Assembly (NCBI GenBank): GCA_002104905.1
Contig: MCFE01000721.1
Location: 1-42,180, forward strand
DNA length: 42,180 bases
Direction: 5' to 3'
Source of the DNA: Basidiobolus meristosporus CBS 931.73
Taxonomy: Eukaryota > Fungi > Basidiobolomycota
The stretch's first letter is position 1; each line of letters begins with the position of its first letter. The notes beneath the pieces are model-generated. The model saw only the letters and a program-made list of their open reading frames with translations, was not told the DNA's origin and ran no database searches. The translations under genes were made by a program, and so were the position numbers. Of the stretch, positions 12,774-24,404 are shown one piece after another.

Positions 12774-13122
12774 TATTGTAAGAGTCTTGAAGATACTGGA
12801 AGTGATTTGGGAGGATAAGTAGATTATGTGGCCTTCACTTAATGAGCTATTGAATGTAAAAGCAGTATTTATACCATAACTTAGTCTTAGTATACCAAAC
12901 ATGTAGAACAGGTTGAGGAAGATCCCAAGAGCACGTGTGCAAAGCTTGGGGCTGTTTTGGAAACTTTGAGAATTTTCATGTTCTGGGGCCTGGTATTTTG
13001 GTGAAAATATTTTAAGTAAATCTCAACAAAGAATTTGGTTAGTATACTCTAGGATTTGAAGGTAATGATCTGAGTGACCAAGTAAGGGGAACACTTAGAT
13101 GGAATTACAAGTTTTTACAACA
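12774..13122 (-). repeat. 5' LTR of copia C3 (349 bp, more diverged)
   Basis: Inverted homology to 4383-4733. Confidence 0.93.
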
Positions 13123-13151
13123 GGGTAGATGTTTTCTTGTTACCTTATCCT

Positions 13152-13545
13152 TTATCACTGCCAGGTCTTTCACTATCACTTTATCTGAGTGCTTCTTTAA
13201 TTGAACTACATTTTCACCTTGCTAAATGCTGTACTGATGCATCTGTTTTGGCCTGTTGGTCCCTTGCTGGCACTCAGTGGGCAACCTGACGCTTCTTTCT
13301 GGCTTGTTTTAAGCTCTAAGCCCACACTGTGACAGGCTATTGAGATAGCCACCAGTTCTTATCACTGCCAGGTGACTGAGTGCATCTTGAGTGGAACTAC
13401 GCTTTTTTCTTGATAAAAGCTGTGCTGGCGCATTTGTGTCTGCCTGTTTGTCCCTTATTGGCACTCTTCCAGCTACCTTATGTCACCTTAATGCTTGTTT
13501 AGAGCTTTCAGCCCTGCTTGTAATGGGCTCATAAGGAGGCCACAG
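13152..13545. repeat. Two diverged tandem units of ~190-207 bp
   Basis: Both begin TTATCACTGCCAGGT (13152, 13359) and share gcctgtt(g/t)gtccctt, ggcactc and gcttgttt blocks. Confidence 0.75.
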
Positions 13546-13699
13546 TATGTTTCTTCTCCCTGCTTGCTTCTAGTCCCCCTTATATGTGTGCTCTGGGTCT
13601 TCCTTGAATTAAATCCATATTAAACAGTGTAGAAATTTCCTTATGATTAGGAGCAACCTGGCATACTTTGTTAAAGCTGTCCTGGAGAAAATTAGTTGC

Positions 13700-15440
13700 T
13701 TGTTGGGTCCAAACCAACCATGCATCAATTGACTGATTACCCAAGCATTGGGGCTACTTAGCTTCTTAATGCCATAGGCATAGGTGTATCCATGTGTACA
13801 TCTGTCCTCAGTATTTTCCGGCTCTTCCTGGCTGTCCTCCATGTGCTAACTCATCACATTCATGATATACTTGAAAGTAGTATTCTTGATGAGATTGGGA
13901 TATGGTGGTGCCTGCAACTTGACTTGTCATCCTATCTCCCTACATGTCTGCTCCATATGAACCTCCAAATAGGTGAAGCAAGGCCCAAAACTCACCGCAC
14001 ACCATACAAGATTGAGTAGAGCATGAATATAGTAACAGCAGAAATTTATGTGCTCAGCTTTATGCTTGCTGTCTAGCCACTCCAGCTCTGCCACAAACTA
14101 CTGCACAACAGCTATAGATGCTTCTAGCTGGTAGTGAAGATCTACTTCTGGACAAATATTTCTACAATATCCACATATGACTCCCATAGCTTCCAATGTA
14201 CTCTTAGTAGAAATGGTTTCAGAAGGCTGCTTGAATAAATACACATCCAATTCATTCAGTTCTTGCAATTGTATAGTTGCATATGCATATGAATATTGCT
14301 TGGAGCTTGTGAGAAGTACTTTGGCTAACTGATATTGTGTGACATCTTGCAAATTCTCTCAAATATCACTGGTATCCTGAAGGACTCATTTAAGCTGAGC
14401 TGCCCTATTCACAACTTGGTCATTGGTGTAGGGACACTGTTGGCCAGCAAGTGTATTGCCCCCCCAGTGGAAAGATTTTACTCCAGCAGATACTTTCAAT
14501 ATAAGCTCCTCTGGTTTCTGACTAATTCCATACATTGGCTGGTGGCTTAAGGCTTGGCAACTTTGCTGCACTGGAATACTGACTTTTGTACATTTGCTCT
14601 GAGGGAATATGATGTTCTTAGTGTTGGTGTTTTGATAGTAACAATACTAATGTGTTCAAGTTATGGGGTGAATCATCTAGATCTCACATATCTGAGGGCA
14701 ATTCAATTCATTATGTGCAGAGAAGCCAGCTATCTTGCTGATGTCTGGGGTAATGTCTCTTATACAAGACCATCTTCAACCTGCATCAATATTGAATAAA
14801 AGTGAAATAATAGCAATATATTCCTGAGTTTCAGGCAACTTGCCCATGGACAAGACTACATTGAGCTCACACTATCAGAGAGAGACATAGCTTAACCTTG
14901 TTCAAGTTTGCTATGCATGTAGTAAATTGCCATAAAAAGGAGAGTAAGCAAGAATTAGAAAACACTGAGCTCAGATGTGAATATGCAGACTTTTATAATC
15001 TTGGCATAGTGTGGTTAAGCCACCACATTACATGGGTAAAGAGTAGAGTAGCTCATAGCTATGTGGATACAACAAACAACTAGTCTTATTAAGACAACTT
15101 CATCAAAGTGGGCTGCATAGCTCCTGTACTGTAGCGGAGTTCTACATTCTTTGATTGGGAGTTTACAATAATAGGAACCAGAGCACACCTATAAGAGGAC
15201 CATATTCCATCAGGAAGAAGGAATACACTGGCAGTGTACCTAATTGTAACTTACAGTTATTCATGAGGTTTTTATGGCCAAATTGTTAGCAACCAAGCAT
15301 ATTTATGTAAAATATATGTAATAGCAGTGATATAGGGCATAATTCAAAGATCTTCTCAAAGGTTTGTAACTGGTGGTACTCTCATAAGCTCATCTTCATA
15401 AGTATCTAATTACTCCATCAAATGGGCCTGGACTCTACAA
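13700..15440 (-). mobile_element. Heavily degraded non-LTR (LINE-like) reverse transcriptase region
   Basis: Degenerate motifs on - in the correct order: SPGP(F)DG (~15415-15435), EYIAIISLLFNID (~14790-14830, cf. YRPISLLNxD), RLKMVL, YGISQK, AGQQCP (~14440, cf. QGCP), YAYAT (~14285, cf. YADDT), AMGVI (cf. KYLGV). All are imperfect. Confidence 0.5.
14900..15120 (+). mobile_element. Possible gypsy RT N-terminal fragment inserted in the LINE-like remnant
   Basis: EYADFYNLGIVWLSHHI resembles EYxDVFxxxLGxxxxxxHxI, and would explain the excess spacing between SPGPDG and ISLL. Confidence 0.25.
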
Positions 15441-15833
15441 AGAGCTGGGTGGAGATGGCATCCTAAAACACTGCCAAGAAACGCAATTGTATACTTTCTT
15501 TAAGGCCATTGCTGAGTTGCAACATTGCAAGCAGTTCTGATTAATGCTCAGTGAGTTTGAGCAAGCCAAAAGCCAGTCTAGCAGGGGTAAATCAAATGTC
15601 TGGCTCTCTATCTGTATCTGAGGGGAATGAGCACTGCTGCCAATATTGGATCATTATCCAAAACTATGATTTCCCAGATACAAGGTTAAGCCTGTAGATC
15701 CCAATGTTATGGGTTTGTAAGTCCTCACTACCACCATAAGTTGCAGTGGTTATTCTGTGAATAAGAAAGCTAGCCAGGAGTAGTTTCCATCATTTGTTAG
15801 AACTAATGCTGACTTTTATGTTCCTGAGTTAAT

Positions 15834-17041
15834 AGACTTGTTCCATTGGATAGTGCCACATTGAGTCATGAGTGCCAAATAGTGCCATAGTGTGCCTGAG
15901 AGCCATAGCAGACCTAAACTTGGCCACAGAGTGTGACATATAGTTCTGCATATTCATGCAAAGCAGCCCCTGTGTTTCACCAACTGTGCAGGAGAAAATC
16001 AATTATTTAATCTTTTTTTTGGGATCAAAACTGTGCATGACATAAAAGAGCACAGACAGACTGAAGATATGCATCTGGTACACAATACCCATGGCACTCT
16101 AAATCTAGCCCCACAGGCTTGTAGCATGTCACAAAAATGCATGGCACTATCTTGGTCCACTGGTACTATCTGGCACTATAAGTGCTTGGTATAGATTCTA
16201 CTTTAGGGCTAATATTTAAATATAGTGCCAGATAGTACCAGTGGACAAAGATAATGCCATGCTTTTTTGTGACATGCTACAAGCCTGTGGGGCTAGATTT
16301 AGAGTGCCATGGGTATTGTGTACCAGATGCATATCTTCAGTCTGTCTGTGCTCTTTTATGTCATGCACAGTTTTGATCCCAAAAAAAAGATTAAATAATT
16401 GATTTTCTCCTGCACAGTAGGTGAAACACAGGGGCTGCTTTGCATGAATATGCAGAACTATATGTGTGAAAATCTATTTTTTGATGTTTTTTTGTGGAAC
16501 AACATTGTGCAGGATTTGCAAGAGCACTAAAGGATTGAAGATATACCTCTGGTACTCAATACCCATGGAACTCTGAATCTAGCTCCTTTGGCTTGTAACA
16601 TGTCGCAAAAATGCATGGCACTATCTTGGTCCACTGGTACTATTTTGCACTATAAGTGCTTTGTATTGATCTTACTTTAGGGCTAATATTCAAATATAGT
16701 GCCTGATAGTACCAGTGGACCAAGATAGTGCCATGCATTTTTGTGACATGCTACAAGCCTGTGGGGCTAGATTTAGAGTGCCATGGGTATTGTGTACCAG
16801 ATGCATATCTTCAGTCTGTCTGTGCTCTTTTATGTCATGCACAGTTTTGATCCCAAAAAAAATATTAAAAAATTGATTTTCTCCTGCACAGTAGGTGAAA
16901 CACAGGGGCTGCTTTGCATGAATATTCAGAACTAGATATCACACTCTGTGGCCAAGTTTAGGTCTGCTATGACTCTCAGGCACACTATGGCGCTATTTGG
17001 CACTCACGGCTCAATATGGCACTATCCAACGGAACAAGTCT
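15834..17041. mobile_element. Palindromic non-autonomous DNA transposon copy F1 (1208 bp, composite), Pangu/PHIS-like
   Basis: Ends AGACTTGTTCC...GGAACAAGTCT; AAT TSD (15831-33 / 17042-44); ~345-bp inverted arms; two central spacers. Confidence 0.92.
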
Positions 17042-18233
17042 AATTCCTACTCTGAGCACAAATAGGAGCAACATGTATTCCTGCCACCATTGATGAGGTA
17101 ATCACTAGCATGGCATCTATTTTAATATAGACAGCCTCCCAATGTCTTTGTTATAAGGACTTTTGCTCTTTTATATTGTCATGAGATGCTTTCTGGCCCT
17201 GCACACTACTGGGTTAGAGTCAAAGGAAATCTTGAAATCTTTTTGCTGGTCAAAGATCCTAAACAAGTACTTTTAAAGTACTTTCCAGCAATCTTTCTAC
17301 ACATATCCAAGCAAATCATGGGGTCTAATTTTCCAGTTTGCCTAAGTGGACACTTATACTCATATATATACTGTCAATATATTCATGTGTGTCTAGGTAA
17401 TCTTAACCTTTGTTGTAGTCATGTTTGAGATTTATTTTCTGCCTAGCATTTTTCAATTCTCAACAACTTAAGCAAGGTCTCCCCTTTCTTACAAAAGGGG
17501 TTTGTGGCTAATGCTCCTTCTAACAGTACAGGTACTATAGCCATCAGGGATCAGAGGAATGGGTGCTTGGGATATTTTGTACCTATATAACAAGTACTGA
17601 GTTTTACTAGGGATCTAGTAGCTGCAGGCTTATAAATTGCCTTACCAAGTGCAGACTATGGCCTTTCCTAGTTGAACCCATGGCTATTGTATTAGGTGGT
17701 GGTAGCATTGTTCTCTAATATAATTTATTAATTGCATCCCATTCTGCCTGCTACAGATCTGCCAACTAATGCAACTAATTGGAAGGTCTGCATTGTTATA
17801 CAGAAGCACTAAGCTTGAGTAATAAGCAATTTGACTAAAAGCTGCATCAACTTAATCATTAAAACTGTGACTCAAATACCTATGATATGTGCAGACTCAA
17901 AATTTTGCTGGTACAATATGGTCAGGCATCTAGTCCATAGTAAAACAGGATTAATACTATTATGGAAGAGACTAGATTCTTATAAAGTGCAAGAGATCAC
18001 TTTAGGTGAGTATGACAGCTCAAATGGTCAAGTTCATTCTTATCCTATATATTGTATACTACTTGACAGCATCAAGCCAAAAAGTCATACTTGTATATAT
18101 ACTTCCAGAACTCTTCAGCAGTAAGGGAAGCTGTAGACAATATCTTAGTAGGTTGGGCCAAGAAATCAACTGACAAATGTTTGCACAAAGTATAAAAGAA
18201 CTATTACTTAGGCAACCACTTAAGAGTTGTAGA

Positions 18234-18600
18234 TGTTATGATTAACCACTTGAATGTTTAAGTCAGATCAGTTTTTAGTCAAATAAACTGGCTTTATGTT
18301 TAGCCTATCAGTAAATCAGTGTTATCTATCAAATCAGTAGTATTAGTCAGGAGATGTATCAGCAGATCCTTATCATACAGAAATAGATATTAAGCAGAGT
18401 TTAATTAGGTGATGATGAGGCAATCAAATTGGTCATCAGCCACAAGCTATATCAGGAAATACAATTAGTGAGCAATTGAGCTGGCATGGTGTATACAAGG
18501 AGCTGCTGGAACTTCAATCAAAATCAGTTCAAGTTTTAGTGAATACAATCCTAGCTAAACTCCCTATTGCCCTGCAACTCTCAAATCAAGACTTGTAACA
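18234..18600 (+). mobile_element. Solo LTR of the gypsy family (367 bp)
   Basis: TGTTATG...TGTAACA; homologous to 31783-32150; 5-bp TSD GTAGA (18229-33 / 18601-05). Confidence 0.92.
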
Positions 18601-20365
18601 GTAGAAGATGCATGCCATAGTTTACCACTTGAGGACATGGAGAAGCTACATCAAAGGAGTCAACTGTACTCTTAAGACTCATCATGCCTCAGTAGAGTAT
18701 ATAAAGATGTAGAGTGTACTATCTGGCAGAATGACAAGATGGAGTGGATACATTCAGCAACCTGACCAGGGGAATGACTACTGCTCTGGGTGAAATAACA
18801 TGCTTGATGACAACTTATTATGACTTCAACAAGTTGCACAGCACAGCATGATGCATGAAGTAGATTGCTCCATCTAATCACAAAGAACTTGGAGAATCAA
18901 GCCATTCCTAAGGAGATGGATGAAGATATCAAGAAGATTATCCAGGATGAAGCCAGCAGGTTTGTAGCACAGGATGAAACACTCTACCATATTGATGATG
19001 GAAGCCCTATTACCTATTGTTGATGGAAGCCCTATTGCCAATTGTCCCTAAGTTGCATGCCTGGAGTCAATACCCAAGCTACACAATGGAAGTAAACATC
19101 TTGGAATTTAAGGAATCTATAGACTTGAGAAAGCTAGAGCATGGTGGCCCAGAATAAACAATACATTGACAAGCTAGTGGAAACATGCCCAAGTGGTCAA
19201 ATTAACCAAAGTTTACCACAGATAATTGCTGAACTTTTTCCCTTAGGGCCAGTGAGAGCATTGGAGAGATGGGAAATCAGCTCTGTTGGAAGACTACCCA
19301 TTACTAGGAAATGCAATCAGTGGATCCCAGTAGCAATTGACCTTACCACCACATGGCCAGAGACAAGAGCCGTACTGGTAGCCAGTAAATGAGAAGTTGC
19401 AAGTTTAATTTTCCATAAGATGCTGATGAAGCTTATACCATATGGAATTCTTATCCAATACAGGAGCAAACTCAATGGCAAAAACATGGCAGCATACCTG
19501 GAAATGCAGCAAATCAAACATTTTAAAACTATGGCATATTACCCTAGCACCAATGAAGCTGCAGAGTAAGTTACTGGATTATTGGGAAAAATGATGACCA
19601 AGTATGAAATGGAGCTGTAGGTAGATGGGACTAGTATATTGATCAAGTACTGTTTGCTGGCAGAGTAAGGGAGCACAACATAACCAAATAATTGCTATTT
19701 ACTTAGTTTATGAATGTGAACCAAGGATTGCAGCAAATCTCATATAACTAAAACTCACTAACAGAATGGAAGATGAGCTCAGTCAGCTTAGTAAGCTCAA
19801 AAGACTTGAACAAAAGTATCAGCAGGCTCAGGCTAAGATATATAACAGTGCAGCAAAGCTGAATTAGAGATTTGCTAAGACTATATCACCAGAAGCATAG
19901 ACAGTTGGGAACGTTGCTTTGCTGCAAAACTGCCCTCAGAAGTGGTTTGAGCTGCAAAGGACAGGACCATTCAAGATCATAAGCAAATGTCCATTTGCAC
20001 CTTACCAACTAGTGGTCAAAAAACAGAATATCCAAAATGATTTAACTCATAACAATGGACTCAAGATTGCAAGACCTACTGGCATTGCTGAATCATCTGT
20101 TTACTGGTATCACTAGAGTAGAGATTCAGGAGAACCCTCTCAGCCTTAGTAGAGAAGAATGCTCTGTTCTATTACTTGAATGTAGAGGTTAAATCATTTC
20201 TTGCCAATGGAATTAGATTTATGTTTAGGCTATCAGTATATCAGTATCATCTATCAGATCAGCAGTGTTGGTCAGCAGATGAATTAGCCAACTTATATCA
20301 GAGAGAAATGGATGTATTAAGTATAATTCAATCAGTTATGATGCTGCAATTATTTTCATTAGTGG
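18601..20365 (+). mobile_element. Old gypsy copy G5: degraded RNase H-integrase, PPT and partial 3' LTR (~20160-20365)
   Basis: Colinear homology with G1 35030-36750; remnants such as RWEISSVGRLPITRKCNQWIPVAID. 17850-18233 may be its RT (weak). Confidence 0.88.
18996..19045 (+). repeat. 25-bp slippage duplication in G5
   Basis: TGATGGAAGCCCTATT(A/G)CC(T/A)ATTGT twice; single copy flanked by ATTGT repeats in G1/G2. Confidence 0.85.
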
Positions 20366-20699
20366 GGATTAAAGCATCTAGCAGATGGCTGCAGGACCTC
20401 CATCTTGGCTCTTGTTCAGCTTTAAAGTATTGCCATAATATACTCTCTACCCTTCAGTGTCCACACAATACCCCAGAAATAGCTCATTTCTACTTATTGA
20501 TTTCAGTTTTGAGTGTGTTTTGTCAGGGATGTAATAGCAACCTCACTGTTAAAGATCCTTCAGTGCTGGAGGTCTAGTTTCTTGCCTGTATATGTTTTTC
20601 TGAGCCTATGCACATATGCATTGTTTTCACCCCAAAACCTGTGGTTAACTTTCCTAGCATGAAGCATAGATCTTCCTATTTCTATTGCTGCTCTGTGAG

Positions 20700-21540
20700 T
20701 ATAATTCTGCCACCCTGTTGTGCTGTAGAATACATGAATCTGTAGTATGTTGCAGTGGAACAGTAGTTGATCAGTGCACTGCTAGCTTCTGTGAGCATTA
20801 TTTCCTTCCATTATCACCTTGTGGCACCTTCAATCTGCACTCAGTTTGTTTTTTTATCATATGTCTGCTGAGCCATATTTTGATTTTTAGGTCATATGCT
20901 CATGAATATCTTGTGTTGTGCTTAGCAACTGCTTACACTATCTCTTGGCTACAAAATACAGTGGTCACAAGGACCATAGTATGTTTGAATGAGCAATATC
21001 CACTATTCTGGTGGTATTAATGCCTCCTGCACTTATGAAGCATTGCCCAGCTTGCCTGCAATATGAGTATCTCCTAAAGACACTCAGTTTTAGTTGTGAA
21101 TGAGTGATAAAGGCCCAAACCAAGCAAATATTTCAGTTATTGGCTCACATCTGTTGCTCAAACTGTCCTGGCATTTTATATCATGTCAATCAGCCAGTTT
21201 CATTAGTTGTAGTGTGTTGACATACTGAAGTACAATGATATGCAGTCAAACTTGTGCATATTATAGTCTTTACTTCTTACACTAAAATTTATCCAGTCTC
21301 ACTTATATTGGGTAGTGGAGCCCAGTAAAAGCCAACAGCTTCAGCTTCTGAGTAGATGTATTACACATTGAGAGTAAGTTGTTAGCTACTCCTGGTACAC
21401 CAAGTTTATCAGGCAGTTTTGCTCTTTTGCTCCAGGCAACTTCTCAAGTCTAGTTATATAATTCCCCTAGCAGTAGCTGACATGAAGATTCCCAAGGTCC
21501 TGACGCCTTGCAGTAATTGCAGCAACCTGATTTTTTTAGG
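20700..21540 (-). mobile_element. Degraded Ty1/copia of a second family (gag knuckle-PR-IN), possibly extending to ~22500
   Basis: On -: CNYCKASGPWESSC (CCHC with H changed to P, ~21485-21530), VPGVAN-NLLS (~21370-21400), DIAHSNI-GP (~20975-21000), KVPQGDNGRKY (~20810-20840), TAQQ-VAE (~20710), in copia order. Confidence 0.7.
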
Positions 21541-22602
21541 CACTATTTATTTCTCTTGCTGCAGGTATACCTTCTGAGCTGGATAAGACATTATCATTGA
21601 TCTTCTTGGCACAGTGTTTGTGTCCAGATTCTGCAGAAAGCCCTCCTTTGACATATTCCAAAGTCAAATGATCATCTTTGCATTTTGATGAAATATTTGC
21701 AGCTCATACATACCTGATAAGCTGCAAAGCAGATAGAGTATTTTATTGAGTCACCTATGCCTGCATCAGCACTGAAAGGTTCTCTGGCAAGTATGTAAAC
21801 TCTGGTAATAAATTTGAACTTCATTTTCTGCTCTTGATCAGCTTGACTCTTCTTGCACTCCCTGGTTCATTGTCCTGGCTTTTGCAGTTATTTCCTGCAA
21901 CTAAGTTCATATAGGTTTTGATACTCTGTCTTCCTTTGTGCTTGTCCTTGTTGGTTCAGCAATCTTATATTAGAGACTCTCATTGCTCAGTGATCACTTC
22001 CAGGTTGTTGCTGAAGTAGCCTTGATTTGACATTCTCAATATTCAAGTCTTTTGCTGTGGCTTCCACTCCAGTGATAAACAGTCTAAGCACATTATTTTA
22101 ATTTTATAGTATATACTGTAAAGTTTCTTCATAATTTCAGTCAGTTCAGACTTTCTCAAGTCTTTCTGTGCCTCCATTGTGTTGGTGAGTTGCCACATCT
22201 TACAGTAAAGTTTTGTCCCAAAGTCAACACACTTTCTTTTAAACAGAGCTTCAAAACCTGACCTTGCTCCAGAAATTACTTTCAATCAATACACTAGCAG
22301 CTTTGGATATGGTAAAGCATTGACTTGTTCAGCAATTAATTCTTGCACTTCTACAAATATGGTATAAACAGCCATTCTTAACATCTCTTAAAGCTTGCCA
22401 ACTTTTTCTGCTGTACTTGTGAGAAAAAGTTCTTCCCACTTTACTAGCCATAAGAGTTTTCTCTTGTCAAGTGAATTTGCATTAAGATATTCCAGTGTTT
22501 GTGACATCTTCCCATCAAACCTGTTGTTACAGGGAGGATACTGTTGTAGTCCTGCTTAGCTTGGATGTTACTTTATGGTTTCTCTATTTCAAAGAGCTCA
22601 AA

Positions 22603-22967
22603 TGATATGATCTACCTCTTGAATGATTAAGTGAGATCAGTTTTAGCCAAGTCAATTTGTTTATGTTTAATCTATCACTATATCAATGGTATCTATCAAA
22701 TCAGTAGTATTAGTAAGCAGATGAATGAGCAGATCCTTATCAGACAGAAATAGATATTAAGTAGAATCTAATTAGATGATGATGAGGCAATCAGATGAGT
22801 CCTCAGCCACTACCAATATCAGATAAAACAACTTGTCAGCAATTGATCTGGGTAAATGTATATAAGGAGCTGCAGAGATAACAACAAAAATCAGTTCAAG
22901 TTTTAGTCAATACAATATTAGCTAAACTCCCTGTTCCTCTACAACTCTTATATCATGACTTTTAACA
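22603..22967 (+). repeat. 5' LTR of G6
   Basis: Homologous to 31783-32150; followed by mutated PBS TTGATAGCA. Confidence 0.9.
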
Positions 22968-24058
22968 TTGATAGCAACAAAAACCAGAAACCCCCCCTGA
23001 AGAAAGAAGAAATCACCCTCAAGATACCAGAAAATCAAGAATGGAAGAATGCTATGCAGCAAATCCTGGCCCAGCAGCACCTGTTACTCCAGATCCTGAG
23101 TCAGCAGCAACAAGGAATGGCTGCCATGGCCTAGAACCAGCAAAACCCTGTTGAGAGCAACTTTAGTGCACAGGTCAACTGGTACCATGGTAGAGTCAAT
23201 GAAAACCTGGGACCTTGGCTCTTTCAGATTGAAGAAGCTTTTAAGGCTAAGGGAATTTCTCCAGAGTGCATGTTGCATGATGCAGCTTCTTAGATGCAGC
23301 TTTACAGTGGTACAACAACACAATCAGGTCAGTCACCATGGTAGGATGCTCTACAATCTCAACCTGGGATGAGCTTGTGTAGTAAATTCAGGATGCTTTT
23401 GAGCCCCTACACCAGCAGACACTACTAAGAAGATGGTTGAAGACACTCAAACAGAAGGGAATAGTTCCAGAGTACATCTATGAATATAGATGTCTACTGG
23501 TGCAAATTAAAATATTCAACCCCCTGGATCAAGTTGAATACATTATTGATAGGTTTAAAGAAAGAACTTGCAAGGAAGTCAGCTACCAAGGACCTCAGGC
23601 TATTGCAGAAGCTATCAAGATTGCCATTGACTATAACTCTGCCATTTCTAGAGTTGGGAAGCCCACAATGACAAATCAGAGAAGCTATAATCACTATAAA
23701 AGAAGACAATTAGAAGCAGTACCAATGAAAATTGACACTATAGGCAAAATCCCACCTCAGAAGAATGTAAGAATAAAGGACTTGCTTTGATTGCCACCAG
23801 CAAGGACATACTGCAAAGTACCACCCTCAGAAAGAAATTAGACACCAGTCAATAAGAACCTTCAACCATATTGAAGCCCTTAAGCAAAGTGACATGGGGG
23901 AAGAGCTTGAAGAAGACTCAGAACCCACCTTCCATATGACAGAAGAATACCTATCCCAAAAGACCTCAAACTCAGAAAGGCTATCATACTGAATGGAGTA
24001 ATCAATGGAGTACCTGCCAAAATCATGATTGACTCAGAATCATAACACAAGTACATGT

Positions 24059-24404
24059 TGTCGGTTATTACTGACTGTATTTGGTGAGTGGGAGGGCTTG
24101 TAGGTCAAGTCAGTACCACTTGGTTCAGAATAGCTTCTGATAGAAGGTAGCAATGTAATAAAGACTTGTGTTTATTCCGTCCAAAATCCTCTTGTCCTCT
24201 CACTTGGGGGCTTAGATAATAGACAATGTGTTATAAAATAGGGGTGTCAGCACCTTCCTGTTATGGTAAGTGTTCTAACTAGATAAGGGCAGGGATAGGA
24301 GGGAGGGTGCATAGGGGAATTATAGGGAGGATACTGGGGGACTTTGGGTAGGACTCTGGGGAGAACTCTTGGGCAATGAGTGGGTACTGCATTTAGTACT
24401 CACA
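24059..24404. mobile_element. Solo LTR of a third, G-rich family (346 bp) inserted in G6 protease
   Basis: TGT...ACA ends; 5-bp TSD CATGT (24054-58 / 24405-09); empty site GTACATGTCAG in G2. Confidence 0.92.

Larger units (their letters stand above)
9173..13122 (-). mobile_element. Ty1/copia copy C3, 3'-truncated in RNase H, defective
   Basis: 5' LTR 12774-13122 and PBS; gag 12210-12593, PR 11369-11824, IN/RT pieces 10401-10742, 9763-10167 and 9311-9742. Confidence 0.96.

Noticed and set aside
524-13127. C1 and C3 as halves of one element split by C2
   Set aside because: Both contain the same IN/RT region, and the outer flanks (AGAAG vs GGGTA) are not a TSD.
15833-17042. TA TSD (Tc1/mariner) or 5-bp TSD for the palindromic element
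   Set aside because: F2 is flanked TA/CA, and the G2 empty site requires more than TA to be duplicated. Only AGAC...GTCT ends with 3-bp ANT fit all three copies.
17300-18233. Ancient gypsy RT upstream of the solo LTR
   Set aside because: Only faint similarity (VRHLVHSKTGL vs [10 protein letters not shown]); too weak to call separately.
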